Below are positions 1-10,812 of a stretch of DNA of 64,000 bases, one piece after another. The DNA comes from a virus: the IMG/VR virus record IMGVR_UViG_3300037231_000129, positions 1-64,000 of that record. The stretch is one strand, 5' to 3'. Every line of letters begins with the position of its first letter. Within the stretch, counting starts at the first letter, position 1. Made by a program: the position numbers and the translations under genes. The notes below the pieces were generated by a model. The model ran no database searches. It worked only from the letters and a program-made list of their open reading frames with translations, and was not told the origin of the DNA.

Positions 1-385
1 GTGATGGCAGGATCGAGCCGTCCTGCCGGGTGCGTCTGTCCACATCGTCGCGGAATTCATGCACCACGTACGGGTTTTCACCCGGACCGTGCAGGGGCGC
101 GAAGGGTTTCTCACCATCGACGTTGAACCATTCGCCCAGTTCATGATTTTCCACGCCGCGGCAGCATTCGAAGATCCAGCGCCGCCAGGTCTTTTCGTTG
201 TACGAGGCGGGCGGCACCGGAAAGTAATGCCGCACGGTTATCTCGTCGTCCGGATCCCTGGCGTCCGGGCCGCTGACCGCGATCACCAGGCGCAAAGCCC
301 CCTCTTCCTCAATAATGCGGAAGCTCCACGTTGGTTTGCAGCGGACTTTTGCGACCAGGTCTCTGAGCACATCGAACGTGAACAT
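1..385 (-). CDS. conserved phage hypothetical protein, runs off the left edge (MFTFDVLRDLVAKVRCKPTWSF...WIFECCRGVENHELGEWF...PFAPLHGPGENPY)
   Basis: Hand-translated. ATG at 385 abuts the TAA (388-386) of the upstream gene and the frame stays open to the window edge. Confidence 0.75.
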   Translation of the reverse strand, partial: MFTFDVLRDLVAKVRCKPTWSFRIIEEEGALRLVIAVSGPDARDPDDEITVRHYFPVPPASYNEKTWRRWIFECCRGVENHELGEWFNVDGEKPFAPLHGPGENPYVVHEFRDDVDRRTRQDGSILPS

Positions 386-1915
386 TTAGCGGGCTCCGAT
401 GCTCGGCGGCACGATCGGCGTACCACCGCCCAGATGCACGATTTTCAGCATTTCCTTCGCGGCGGCTTCAGGATTGCTCTTTGCCAGCGCTTCGATCCGT
501 TGCTGCTCTTCCTCGACCCGGTTGGTGGCCTGTCCTTCGATCACGACGTCATTGCCCTTGTTGACCGCGAACAACGCGCCCTTTGGTGGGGCAGGCATCT
601 TTTGCAGCCGGGTGACAGTCGCGCGCAGCAAGCCAAGCTGGCTCTCTGCCTCGGTGAATTTCGCGGCGTCCTTTTCCAATTTTGCGAGCTTCTCCAGGGC
701 GTCCGCCACGGTCGGATGCACCGCGACCTCGCCGGAATAGATCTTCGCCAGCGGTGTATCGCCGATGTCGAAGCCGCGGGCCTGCCGCTGCAACGGCTGG
801 GTGCCTGAGTTGTCGTTGGGCATCCCGGCGGTGTTGTCGGCGCTGTTGGGATCGGTCGGATCGTCGGTCGGATCGGCGCCGGCGCCCTGTTGCAGCGAAC
901 CGGCGACGACGACAATGATGGACGCCAACCGGGTAATCATCTCAATCGGATCTTGCGGCGCATCGCCCGGGTCGGCCCCAGGATCGCCCGGATCGGACGC
1001 GTCATCCGGATCCGCGCCAGTTCCCAGTGTCTCGTCTTCCGCCTTTTCGAACAATTCCGGGTATTCCTCGACAATCGCCGCCGGCAATGCGCCCATCTTG
1101 ATCATCGGCTCGGCCATTTCCAAGGCCATGTTGGTGAGCGCGCGCGCGCCCTCGGCCCAATCCGCAACCAGGTCGACCGGATCGGTCAGGTATTCGCGGT
1201 AAGCTGGTGGCAGCGCCGTCTTCACCATCAGATCGAAGCCGTCGTAGCATTCGATCTTGTGCAGCTCGCCGGCCGCCTCGGCGCGCTCCAGGTCATCCTG
1301 CTCATCGAGTTCCTCGGCGGTGTCGTTGACCATGGATTGCAGCGTGGTGACGCCCAGCCGCAGAAACAGGTCCATCTTGCTCTTGGCGCCGTCGCTGACT
1401 TCTTCGGGCGCCATTCCATCGCTGTTCGACATCCAGCTTGGCCGGCCGGTTTTGATCGCCTGTACCGTGCGGTCGAGATCGCGCAGCGCGTTGGCGAACA
1501 TCGAGACGTGGTTCAGCCCTTTCTCCAGGGTTTCCTCGGTGGCGCCGCTGATGAAGAACGGCTCCAACTTCTCCATCAGCGCGTCTCGGAACTCGGAGAG
1601 CGTCTGATGCAGCAGCGTTTCCTGGTTTTCCGCCCCGCCGGCGGCGATGCCGATCAGGCTTTTTTCCAGAAGGCCGAAGACGTCGTCGGTGAGGTGGTCC
1701 GTACCCTTAGCCATCTTGTCTCCTTTACGCCGGCGCGTGCCGGGTTTGATGAGCCATGAAGTGTTCAGCAGAGGCACCGGACGGCGCTTGCGCCGGCGCG
1801 GCCGCAGATCCGTGTTCGTCAGGCCCGAGAAAGCGTCCGGCGATTGCCAGAAGCCGCCGCCATGGCCGTAGCTGGCATCACCGCCGGCACCTGCGCCTGC
1901 GCCGCCATCGCTCAT
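386..1915 (-). CDS. probable capsid scaffolding-like protein (acidic, coiled-coil C-terminus ...LQKMPAPPKGALFAVNKGND)
   Basis: 509-aa ORF coupled to the upstream stop. Acidic low-complexity stretches plus coiled coil; downstream of the prohead protease. Function inferred. Confidence 0.55.
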   Translation of the reverse strand: MSDGGAGAGAGGDASYGHGGGFWQSPDAFSGLTNTDLRPRRRKRRPVPLLNTSWLIKPGTRRRKGDKMAKGTDHLTDDVFGLLEKSLIGIAAGGAENQETLLHQTLSEFRDALMEKLEPFFISGATEETLEKGLNHVSMFANALRDLDRTVQAIKTGRPSWMSNSDGMAPEEVSDGAKSKMDLFLRLGVTTLQSMVNDTAEELDEQDDLERAEAAGELHKIECYDGFDLMVKTALPPAYREYLTDPVDLVADWAEGARALTNMALEMAEPMIKMGALPAAIVEEYPELFEKAEDETLGTGADPDDASDPGDPGADPGDAPQDPIEMITRLASIIVVVAGSLQQGAGADPTDDPTDPNSADNTAGMPNDNSGTQPLQRQARGFDIGDTPLAKIYSGEVAVHPTVADALEKLAKLEKDAAKFTEAESQLGLLRATVTRLQKMPAPPKGALFAVNKGNDVVIEGQATNRVEEEQQRIEALAKSNPEAAAKEMLKIVHLGGGTPIVPPSIGAR

Positions 1916-4900
1916 CAGAAGCCTCCTGCGGCGGGTTGCGCTGGAGCCGCCGGCGTGATCGAGGCGGCGTGGCGGGCACGCGTTGCAGGCGGGACGCCCA
2001 GCGTCGCGGCCGCCTGGTTGGCGACGTGCGGGCCGTAACCGGACAGCGCACGATACAGCGCGCTGATCCCCTCGTCGGCCAGATAGCCGGCGCCGGCGCC
2101 GATCGCGCCGCCAATCGCGGTACCGGCGACGTTGCCCGCCAGCGTGCCGCCACCAGGCTCCACGGCTGTCCCGGCAATGTCACCCGCGACACCGCCGACA
2201 TCCTCGCCGGCCGCCGCGCCGGCGCGTTGGAAGAAGCCCCCGGTCAGACGGGTCGCGGCACCGGCGATCTTGCTGCCGACCGCCTTGACGCTTTGACCAA
2301 CCGAAGATCCGGCGATCTTGCTGCCGAGGCCGGGCAAATTCGCGGTGTTCTGCGCATTGGCGATCGCCCCGCCAATCTTCTGGCCGACACCGGTCTGCGC
2401 GAAACGGTTGGCCGCGCCGGAAATCGCCTGTCCGGCACCGGTCTGGCCGAATTTATCGATCGCAGCCTGCGCCAGTTGCTTGCCCGGCTTGGTCGCCAAA
2501 CTTGTGGCTCCGGCACCCACGACGAGGCCGCCAAGCGACCCTGCGGTTGGGTGGTTGGGATTGAGGGCACCGGATTGGCCGACTTGGCCGCCGACAATGC
2601 CACCCACAGCAGGGGCCAGCGCGCGCAAACCCGTCGAGATCAGACCACCGCCTGGAATGAAATTGGAGGCGGCATTCGCCAGCTGAAATCCGGCTTCGCC
2701 ACCGGCATAGGAACCGCCAAGAGTGCCGCGGAATGCATTGTGCAATCGGCCGCGTTGCGGACCGGCCGCACCAGGTGCAGCGGTCGCAGCCGCGCCGGCG
2801 ATCGCCGGTGGTTTCGCGGGGGCCGTCTCGCCAGGAACATCGCCATTCGCCGCGGCCGCGCCGGCGATCGCCGGCGTCTTCGGCAATTGGATGGCATCCG
2901 ACGCGCCAGACCAGGACAGGAACTTGCGCAGGCCGTCCAGCGGCTCCTGCTTCATCACGTTCCTGTCGATCCAGCTGTTCAGCTTACGTGCGGCCACGTG
3001 ATGGATGTCCTCGTCGGATGCGAGAGGTGTCTGCTCGCGTGCCCGGCGGATCTCGCCACGGAACATCTTGTCGATGGTGTCGCGGAATTCCTCGTTGGTG
3101 CGCCATTCCTCGGGACGATGGCTTTCCGGGATTTCTTCAGTCAGCCGCTCTTGCAAATCACGCAAGTATTCGTCGGTGGTCTTCGCGGCTGCTGATGCTT
3201 TGCCGGTCGGCGGCGTGGCGGCGGTGGCATTCGTGTAGGCCTTGTCGACGGCCTCGGTGAGCTCTGACTGCATGATCGCCGGCAGACTGTAATGCTGCGC
3301 GATCAACCATATCGCCCGCTGTATCTGCTTATGTTCGTCGGCATTTGTGGGCGTATAGACGGCGATCTGCTTGCGCAGCTGGCCCAGCACGCGGCCTTTG
3401 TCGCTGGTTGCGGACTCACCGTAAACGTTGTCGGGATTGCCGAAGATGCCGCGTTTCGTGGCGTTTCCTACGAGCAGTTCGGCACGCTGGTTCTGATCGA
3501 GAACCTCCGTGCCGTGCGACTCGAACAGGTCCTTCAGGGAATTCCAGTAACTGACCGGCTTATTAGTCGTGGCGTGTTTGTATTTGGGACCGATGAATGC
3601 CAAGTGTTTTTTGAACAAGCCATCGACCATGTCCTGATCAGCTTTTCCAGGACTACCGCCGCGACGTTCGCGAAACTGCGCATTGGCAGGGCCGGTGCTG
3701 ACGATGTGGTTTTCACGCCGCAGCTTATCGACGGTCTCGTTGAGCGACTTTGGATCGGCGACCTCGATGGTGGATGCCTTCACCTGGTTCTGACTACCAC
3801 TGCCCTGCTGGTTGTCGCGGTTGCGCACCTCGTTCCGGATTTGCTCGACGTTTGATCCGAAGGGGATCTGCACCGCGGCAGACGCACCAGGTTCGTCCTT
3901 CTTCGGGAAGACATGGTGGCCATACATGAAGACCTGTTGGTTCTCAGCATTCCGGTAAGACAAGCCCATGAGCCGCTCACCACGTCGATTGAGGCCGCCA
4001 ACCGGTTCATTGATAACTCGGATATCCTTTGGCCTCTTCCATTTCTTGGTATTGATCTGGAACGGCCTGGTGGGTGAGCTGGCGTCGATCACGCCGATCG
4101 ACGTCGCGAGGCCCAGCGCGGTGCTCAGCTTACCCGAATTTTGGAGGGCAAACGCGCCGACTTTCTTCGCCTTGGCGGCTGCGCTGGCACCCACACGCTG
4201 GGCTGTCTCACCGGCCGTCTTCCAGTTCGTGTTGGCGTGCAGGAAATCGTAAATGTCCTTCAGCGTGCCTTTCAGCGAGCCGCGATGAGCAGCCACCAGG
4301 GCTTCGTAATCGACCGCCGCCTGTTGCATGCGCCCAGCGAGTTCCGGGACGTGGCGTTCGAAAGCAGTTCCGAGTAGCCCGTGCTTCGGAATCCCGGCTT
4401 CCAGTGCCGCCTGCTGGACCGCGATGAGCGTGTTGAGATGGTCGGCGGCGACCCGCGCATGGATGTTGGAGTCGTGGAGGAAATCCCGGCTGGCCTTGGT
4501 TTTAACCTCTGCCTCTTTGGCGTCGAAATTCGGCACCGGGGCAAAATATTCAGGCTTTTTGGAGAACGGATTGCGTATTGCCACTCGCTCGGCGTCCGTC
4601 AAATCTTTCGATTCGGAGCCACGGGCATACTGCAGTGCAGGCTCGCCAAGCTTCATCTCGTCCGCGATGAAGCCGAGCTCGGCATTCACTTTGACTTCCC
4701 AATCATTGTGAACGTTTTCCAGCTCTTCCAACGCCGCCTTGCGGGTTTTTGCGACAAGGTCGTGACCCATCCGGGTCTTCGCAAAGGTGCGGATCGAGGC
4801 CAGTGAGGTGTCATCATGGTCGAAATCGGATAGCCGGTCAGGGACCGCCGTCAGGTCACGCTGCAGTCCATTCCGTCTGGTTTCAAGCTCCTTGATGAGG

Positions 4901-6888
4901 CTGCCGACCTTCTGAGTTTCCGCGGCCCGCTCGATGTGGATTTTTTCGAAACTCGCCAGCGCGGCTTTCCGGTGCTTCACCAGGTCAGTCCACAGCAGCA
5001 GCTGCTTTGGATTCAGTTTCTCTTCATCCAAGGTGTTGATCAGATTCCCTTGGACGGCGCGGCCGGTCTTATCGAGCAACGGCAATCTTTTGCCCTTGGC
5101 GTCGAGATCCGCCACCGCGCGCAGAGATAATGGGCCTTGCGTGCTCATGGCGGCCTTGTCTAAGGCCACATCGATCTGGTGCGGATACCAGCTCCGCGCG
5201 CCATCCCGAATTGCCGCCCCTTCGCCGAGCGACCACTTGTTCACCGCGTTGCGTTCCAACGCTTCCTTGACGAGTTGATGGGTCGGCGTAGTGACAAAAG
5301 CGGGATGATTGGCCGCTACTCCGGGCGCAAAATGGCCAATTTCCTTATGCTCATCGATGTAGGTTTTGGCATGCACCTCACGCGCGGCCAGCGTGGCGCG
5401 GTCGTGCATGCCCGTCGCAGCGGCTCCAAGACGGGCCAGGGCCGCGCGCAGCAGGGCGGTATGACCTTCGCGTGCCGCGACAACGCCGGCGACCACGCCG
5501 GCACCAATGCCGACGGCCGCGCCGATCTTGGCGCCGAGGCGCGCGTGCTGACCGCTACGCGCAAAGCGGCCACCTTCGCCACGCGGATGCTCGGTGGGGT
5601 CGAAGTGATCGTAGGCCGCGCCGGCGATCGCGCCGACACCTGCGCCGGCAGCGCCGAGGACAGCGGCATGCTTGGCGGTGTAGCGAATACCACCGCCGCG
5701 CCTGACGCCAAACTCCTCGGCCATCTTGGCCTGGCCGAGCCAGGGGATGCCCACCTGCTCGCCGATGCTGTGACTGGCGACGCTGGGCCACAGCGTGGCG
5801 ATAACCCGCCTGGCGCCCGCCACAGCCCCCCGGAAATTAGCTTTTTGGAGGAGGTCAGCCTGCTTGGCGAGCACCTCGGGCGCTTCCAGCATGGGCCCGG
5901 CGATCTTGCGCACCCGCCGCGGAAACGCCGCGTCGACATAAGGCCCGACAGCCGATTGCAAATGGAACAACGAAGATCCGTAAGCGAGGCCAGGCACCCC
6001 AGCCCCAACCACCGCGCCAGCGAGAATCCCGGCAGCTCGGCCAGCGCCGGTGCCAAAACGTGGTGTGATCAAGGCACGCGCCAAACGTTTGCCTGTTGCC
6101 GGGAACACGTTGGCCGCATAACTCACGAACTCGCCCGCGCCGTGTCCAAGCGCCCGACCCGCTGCACCGCCAATGCGCTCGGCGGAATCGAGCAGTGCGT
6201 CGCCTGCCGTTGCGGAAGGCCGCGCATACGTCGTTCCATAGGTTCGATTGATTGCGCCGATCGCGCCGCGTGCCACCATGCGCCCTGCCACGACCGGCGC
6301 ACGAACAACCGCTCGGCCTGTCAGCTGACCAAGTTTTCCGCCGGCCCACCCCAAGGCGCGGGTTTGCGCATGATCCAACCGGCCACCGCCGAATTTCGCC
6401 GACGCGCCGGCGATCGCGCCAACGCCTATCCCGGCGGCGCCGGCGATCGGCGGTCCGAAGACGGAATACCGGGTTTCCGGGATGATCTGGGTTTGCGATG
6501 CGTCATACCCGGCGTTGCTGTCGGCGAGGTTCTGGTGATCCTCCGGCCGGGCGACGTCGCCGAAGAAGCCGTGTTGACCGCTGTCCGGTGGTGACCCACC
6601 ACCGCCTGATCCACCACCCGACGAGAACCGACCGCGTTCATCACGCCCCTCGACCTTGGCCAGCACGCGATCGCGTAGGCGCTCGAGGTGAGCGTCGATA
6701 TGCATCAAGGCATGCTGATGCGGATCGGCACCGTTGTAGAACCGCTTATACAAATCCTTCAAACTCGTCAGTTTTGTCAGAGCCGTTTCACGTTTAGCCG
6801 ACGCGCCGGCGCTCTTCAGCAGCTCGTTGTGCTCGATCACACGACGACGCAACTCGGCGATGACGGGTGGGGAGAAGGCAACCTTCAC
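1915..6888 (-). CDS. 1657-aa Gly/Ala-rich putative virion internal (cargo/ejection) protein
   Basis: Long ORF with GTGA overlap with the protease gene; glycine-zipper segments; RDERGRF and HPRGEGGRF motifs. Confidence 0.65.
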   Translation of the reverse strand: MKVAFSPPVIAELRRRVIEHNELLKSAGASAKRETALTKLTSLKDLYKRFYNGADPHQHALMHIDAHLERLRDRVLAKVEGRDERGRFSSGGGSGGGGSPPDSGQHGFFGDVARPEDHQNLADSNAGYDASQTQIIPETRYSVFGPPIAGAAGIGVGAIAGASAKFGGGRLDHAQTRALGWAGGKLGQLTGRAVVRAPVVAGRMVARGAIGAINRTYGTTYARPSATAGDALLDSAERIGGAAGRALGHGAGEFVSYAANVFPATGKRLARALITPRFGTGAGRAAGILAGAVVGAGVPGLAYGSSLFHLQSAVGPYVDAAFPRRVRKIAGPMLEAPEVLAKQADLLQKANFRGAVAGARRVIATLWPSVASHSIGEQVGIPWLGQAKMAEEFGVRRGGGIRYTAKHAAVLGAAGAGVGAIAGAAYDHFDPTEHPRGEGGRFARSGQHARLGAKIGAAVGIGAGVVAGVVAAREGHTALLRAALARLGAAATGMHDRATLAAREVHAKTYIDEHKEIGHFAPGVAANHPAFVTTPTHQLVKEALERNAVNKWSLGEGAAIRDGARSWYPHQIDVALDKAAMSTQGPLSLRAVADLDAKGKRLPLLDKTGRAVQGNLINTLDEEKLNPKQLLLWTDLVKHRKAALASFEKIHIERAAETQKVGSLIKELETRRNGLQRDLTAVPDRLSDFDHDDTSLASIRTFAKTRMGHDLVAKTRKAALEELENVHNDWEVKVNAELGFIADEMKLGEPALQYARGSESKDLTDAERVAIRNPFSKKPEYFAPVPNFDAKEAEVKTKASRDFLHDSNIHARVAADHLNTLIAVQQAALEAGIPKHGLLGTAFERHVPELAGRMQQAAVDYEALVAAHRGSLKGTLKDIYDFLHANTNWKTAGETAQRVGASAAAKAKKVGAFALQNSGKLSTALGLATSIGVIDASSPTRPFQINTKKWKRPKDIRVINEPVGGLNRRGERLMGLSYRNAENQQVFMYGHHVFPKKDEPGASAAVQIPFGSNVEQIRNEVRNRDNQQGSGSQNQVKASTIEVADPKSLNETVDKLRRENHIVSTGPANAQFRERRGGSPGKADQDMVDGLFKKHLAFIGPKYKHATTNKPVSYWNSLKDLFESHGTEVLDQNQRAELLVGNATKRGIFGNPDNVYGESATSDKGRVLGQLRKQIAVYTPTNADEHKQIQRAIWLIAQHYSLPAIMQSELTEAVDKAYTNATAATPPTGKASAAAKTTDEYLRDLQERLTEEIPESHRPEEWRTNEEFRDTIDKMFRGEIRRAREQTPLASDEDIHHVAARKLNSWIDRNVMKQEPLDGLRKFLSWSGASDAIQLPKTPAIAGAAAANGDVPGETAPAKPPAIAGAAATAAPGAAGPQRGRLHNAFRGTLGGSYAGGEAGFQLANAASNFIPGGGLISTGLRALAPAVGGIVGGQVGQSGALNPNHPTAGSLGGLVVGAGATSLATKPGKQLAQAAIDKFGQTGAGQAISGAANRFAQTGVGQKIGGAIANAQNTANLPGLGSKIAGSSVGQSVKAVGSKIAGAATRLTGGFFQRAGAAAGEDVGGVAGDIAGTAVEPGGGTLAGNVAGTAIGGAIGAGAGYLADEGISALYRALSGYGPHVANQAAATLGVPPATRARHAASITPAAPAQPAAGGF

Positions 6889-9326
6889 GCGGCGACCTTC
6901 CGCGGTTCAAGGATCTCGCGGATATGCGTGATCAGGCCACGCGGCGCCATTTTCGCTACCGCAGGCGCAGCTTTGCCGTGTTTCTTGATCCAGTCATCCG
7001 CCTCGGCCGGATGCAGCACGTAGAGCGGGTTTGACGGGGCGCCGTCATGGCCGAAATGCTTCTCGCCAACGCCTTCGGGGTTGTGCAGCAGGCCTGCCGC
7101 GTGTGAGACCTCCATCATCAGGTTGGCGTGCTTCGGCAGGTGTGGCCGCACCTTGTCGTAGGCGCCCTGGGCGTCGCCAACGGCGTGCCAGGTGTTCCGC
7201 CGCTGCTGGTCGACCGCGGCGACCTTGTTCTTGCGGCCGAGCACGGCTTTGCCGGCATGGGTCCGCATGCTGTCGAACTGGTCGTCTAGGTCGTGATGAC
7301 CTTCCTTCAGCCACCGGGCTTTCGCCGCAGCGATACGCTGATCGTGTTCTTTCTCGGAAAGGTTGCTGTGTGCGACGGCTTGCTGACCAACGGCTGCCTG
7401 AGCACCAGTGACTGCCAATTTTTGCATGTAGTTCGGCTTGGCGAGTTCGCTGTCCGGCTTCTTTTTGCCAGACAAAGCACGCCCCGCTGCAAGCCCGGTG
7501 ACGGCACCGCCAACTCCGCCAGCAATACGGCCAGCCTGACGACCCTGAACCGCGCCTTGTACCGCATCATCCAAGCCCATGTCGCCAGCCTCGTAGGCTT
7601 TTTGGCCAAGATGAGCCATTGTGTCCAAACCGACCTTTCGACCGAGTTTAGCGCCCAAATAACCGCCGGCTGCCGCTCCCAACAGACCAAGCACTTTGTT
7701 CATGGGCTGCTGGCGTTTCGCCAATCGCTCATCCAACGCCTCGAGCACCGCGCTGTCGGCCGACTTCATGTAATTGGCCATCCTCAACCTCTCCGCATCC
7801 GGTTGCTTCATCGGATCTACCGTGTGCATCGGGCGCAGCTGCCCATCCGTGTCGAGATGCAGGCCCGCCGCGGTCAGCTCATCCTCGGTCATTTCGTCGG
7901 CGTGCTTGCCGGTCTGGCCCTGCGTCCGGCCGTCAGCGTCGCGGCCGCGTTTGGCCAGCTCCCAGAGGATCGCCTTGTCGGCGCTGTTCGCCAGCGGATC
8001 CGTCGAGCCGGGCCCGGTCCCGCCCATTGACCCAACCTGCGCCTGGCGCAGACCGCCGACGCTCATGTTCTGCGGCTTCGAGCTCGGGCCGTAGACGAAG
8101 CTTTTCGCGCCCATGATACTGCCGATCTCACCACCGTCGCCGCCGGCGCCGTATTCCGGTTTGCCGGTGTCTACGGTGGTGACGTCCTTGCGCAGGCGCT
8201 GCTCGAGGGCGACGAGAACAGGCTCGGTTTTACCAAGCCGGCCGGCCTGACTGAGGGCGATGGCGATAGCCTGTTTGCGATCGGTCACTATCGGCCCCCT
8301 TCGCGGTTTGCCCGAGCGCGGATTCGTCCCGCGCCAGGAGCGCAGCGTGCCAACCTTGTGCTCGTGCATCGTCTGAGCGATCGATGCGCGCTTGGCTTCT
8401 TCGGTGGCCGCAACCTCTGCATCGGCTTTTGCCAGATCGAAAACGATTGGTTTACCGGCCATTTTCTTGAATCCGGGCTCAGTGCTGCGGCTGGTGAACG
8501 TCTTGCCCCGGCTCGTGACCGTCGTCGCCGTACCGGGATCCACCTGGCGGCTCATCGGTTTGTTGCCCCTCACTGTCGTGTAAGCCCAACTCGGCAGGAC
8601 CTTCTTCGTCGGGTTCTGACCGCTGAATGTCTTGCCGCGGCTGACGTAGTTGCCCGCCAACGAGGCTTCGTGCTCGCTGGCCTCGGCCGGCAAATGCGGG
8701 AGCATCCCGACCACGCGCCGGACATCGATCTTGAGCAAATCCGCGAAGGTCGGCGGTGGCAGCATCTGCGCGAACGTGCGCGGCGTGCCCTTCAGCATCA
8801 CCTCCTCGACCGAACCATCCGATTTCTGCAATTCGAGGAATCGCGCGCCGTGCATGCAAGGGCTGTCGACCAGGCTGATTTCGCCGATCCGCGGCGTGTA
8901 GCGGGTGCAGCCTTTATGGATGGGATCAGCCCATTTCTTAGCGTAGCCGCCGCCGATCGACAGCCCGGTGTAGCCGCCCTCCTCGACCTTTAGCCAGTCG
9001 ATGGGGTCGAGGATTTTGAGGCAAACCCGAACCCTTTTCGCCTCATCGTCGAATTCCATCTTCTCGACTTTGCCGGCCAGGTGCTTCGGATTGTGCATGG
9101 CGCGCACGTTGCCGAGGCTCTTGCCGCTGGTCGCGTCGGAGAACTGTTTCGACCATGCCTTGAACATCGGCACGGCCGTGGCGTAGTCCATCACCTCACG
9201 CGATTTGTCCGGCTCCTCGAGCGCCGCCACTGCCCAAATCGTCTGGGTTGCCGCGTCAGCCTTGAACAGAATCGCCGCGTCCGGCTTGAACAACAGCGGG
9301 AACGGCGTTTCACCGCCGATCGCCAT
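6885..9326 (-). CDS. prohead maturation serine protease (HK97/XkdF-like N-terminal domain) with long C-terminal extension including a DUF6496-like segment
   Basis: Motifs GNVRAMH, YTGLSIGG and EISLVDSPC. TMHEHKVGTLRS...VTDRKQAIAIALSQA resembles DUF6496. Start placed at ATG 9326, next to the upstream stop. Confidence 0.8.
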   Translation of the reverse strand: MAIGGETPFPLLFKPDAAILFKADAATQTIWAVAALEEPDKSREVMDYATAVPMFKAWSKQFSDATSGKSLGNVRAMHNPKHLAGKVEKMEFDDEAKRVRVCLKILDPIDWLKVEEGGYTGLSIGGGYAKKWADPIHKGCTRYTPRIGEISLVDSPCMHGARFLELQKSDGSVEEVMLKGTPRTFAQMLPPPTFADLLKIDVRRVVGMLPHLPAEASEHEASLAGNYVSRGKTFSGQNPTKKVLPSWAYTTVRGNKPMSRQVDPGTATTVTSRGKTFTSRSTEPGFKKMAGKPIVFDLAKADAEVAATEEAKRASIAQTMHEHKVGTLRSWRGTNPRSGKPRRGPIVTDRKQAIAIALSQAGRLGKTEPVLVALEQRLRKDVTTVDTGKPEYGAGGDGGEIGSIMGAKSFVYGPSSKPQNMSVGGLRQAQVGSMGGTGPGSTDPLANSADKAILWELAKRGRDADGRTQGQTGKHADEMTEDELTAAGLHLDTDGQLRPMHTVDPMKQPDAERLRMANYMKSADSAVLEALDERLAKRQQPMNKVLGLLGAAAGGYLGAKLGRKVGLDTMAHLGQKAYEAGDMGLDDAVQGAVQGRQAGRIAGGVGGAVTGLAAGRALSGKKKPDSELAKPNYMQKLAVTGAQAAVGQQAVAHSNLSEKEHDQRIAAAKARWLKEGHHDLDDQFDSMRTHAGKAVLGRKNKVAAVDQQRRNTWHAVGDAQGAYDKVRPHLPKHANLMMEVSHAAGLLHNPEGVGEKHFGHDGAPSNPLYVLHPAEADDWIKKHGKAAPAVAKMAPRGLITHIREILEPRKVAA

Positions 9327-9327
9327 C

Positions 9328-10812
9328 TCAGGCCGCCGTCGCGAAGCGTTGCCGCAAGCGCACCCCACCAGCAGGTTCAGCTGCCGCCCGGGGCGGTTCC
9401 CAACCCATGATCGCCTTGGCCAGCGGCAACGGGATCTCCTCGGCCGTCGCCAGCGCCTCCGCGACCCACTTCTTCAGCTGGATGGTGTTGGCGTCTTCCT
9501 GCAACCATGCGGTGATCGCGCCGTCGAGTGCTACCTTCTGCAACTTGTCGCCGGCTTGCATCGACCAAGCCATCAGATCGGCGGCATGCTGCGCGCCCAC
9601 TCGCATCACCTCGACCCGTGATTCCGGCTCCAACGTGTTCAGCGCCTTGCACATCTCCAGCGGTGCGATCTTCACCAGCTCGACCGCCAGGTCGCCGCCC
9701 TTGTCCATCTTCTTCTTCGGGCGCTTCTTGCCGGTGGCCGGATCGACGCTGTCGGCGTCATTGGCCTCGGTCAGCGGTCCATCGCCCTCCGAGCCCGCCA
9801 CGCTGCCCAGGCCGCCCGTGGCGCCCTTGCGGCGGATCTTCAACGTCGGATTGATCTCGCCGCCGCCGCCATCATTGGGACCGCTGCCGGGGGTTGGGCT
9901 TGTGCCGTCCGTCTGATTCGGCATTGCCGTTGAACCGGGCATCCGCTTGCCCGCGCCTTCGCCGCTGCCCTGCCGGGTGTAACCCAAGCGTGAATCGTGC
10001 GTCGCGCCCAGCTTCGATCCCACGTGGCTGGCGGCGTTCCCGGCATTGCTGTGCGCCGGAACCTCATCCTGCTCCTCGGCCTTCCGCAACGCGCGCTGGC
10101 GTACCAAAATTTCCGCGACCGCCTTTTTCAGCTGCTTGTGGCTGCCGTCGCCACCGTTGATGAACTCGGCGATCGCGGCTTCCCGATCGGCATCGGAAGT
10201 CTTGTAGACGTCCATCTTGGCCAGTGCGTTGTCAAAATGCGCGGTGTAATTGCCCACATGCTGCGCCAGCCTGGCCTGCTCGCGTGGCGTCGGCAGAGCA
10301 TCGAACATCTTCTGCAGCTCGAATTCCGGGCCAACGTCAGGCGCAGCCTTGGCCAGCGCCGGGAACTCCTCACTGCCGGACTCGGAATTGACCAGCGCCT
10401 TCTTCAGCGGGCCGTCGCCGGCCTCGAACCACTCCTCGAGGACCTGCTTGGCCATGTCCTCGTCGGCGTCGCGGATCATCGGCATGTAGTGGCCGAGTTC
10501 AGTGCGATACGAGCCGATCTTGATCAGCATCGCCGCCTTTCTTTCCGGCGTCGGCTGCTCATCAACGAATTTCACCAGTGCCGCATCCAAGCTGGCGCGG
10601 GTTTCGTCGAGCGTTGGATTTTGCGTGCTCACGGAAGACTCCTGTTTACCGAAAAGGCTTTGAAAAAAGCTCGGGGCTTTGGTCTTTGGCGTTTTGGGCG
10701 GTGGCGTGTCGGCGGCGTTCGTCTCATTGGAGTTGATCGCGATTTTGCTGCCGATTTCGAGGGCATCGGGCGCGGCCATGCTGACGAAACGCCCCAGGGT
10801 GCTGCCGCTCAT
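9328..10812 (-). CDS. head-associated hypothetical protein rich in L-x-K motifs
   Basis: ATGA overlap with the MuF gene at 10809-10812; lies within the head operon. Confidence 0.7.
   Translation of the reverse strand: MSGSTLGRFVSMAAPDALEIGSKIAINSNETNAADTPPPKTPKTKAPSFFQSLFGKQESSVSTQNPTLDETRASLDAALVKFVDEQPTPERKAAMLIKIGSYRTELGHYMPMIRDADEDMAKQVLEEWFEAGDGPLKKALVNSESGSEEFPALAKAAPDVGPEFELQKMFDALPTPREQARLAQHVGNYTAHFDNALAKMDVYKTSDADREAAIAEFINGGDGSHKQLKKAVAEILVRQRALRKAEEQDEVPAHSNAGNAASHVGSKLGATHDSRLGYTRQGSGEGAGKRMPGSTAMPNQTDGTSPTPGSGPNDGGGGEINPTLKIRRKGATGGLGSVAGSEGDGPLTEANDADSVDPATGKKRPKKKMDKGGDLAVELVKIAPLEMCKALNTLEPESRVEVMRVGAQHAADLMAWSMQAGDKLQKVALDGAITAWLQEDANTIQLKKWVAEALATAEEIPLPLAKAIMGWEPPRAAAEPAGGVRLRQRFATAA

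Noticed and set aside
1756-6594. Long plus-strand ORFs (1756-3195, 5179-6594)
   Set aside because: Antisense shadows of the coupled minus-strand head genes in GC-rich DNA; no motifs or RBS.
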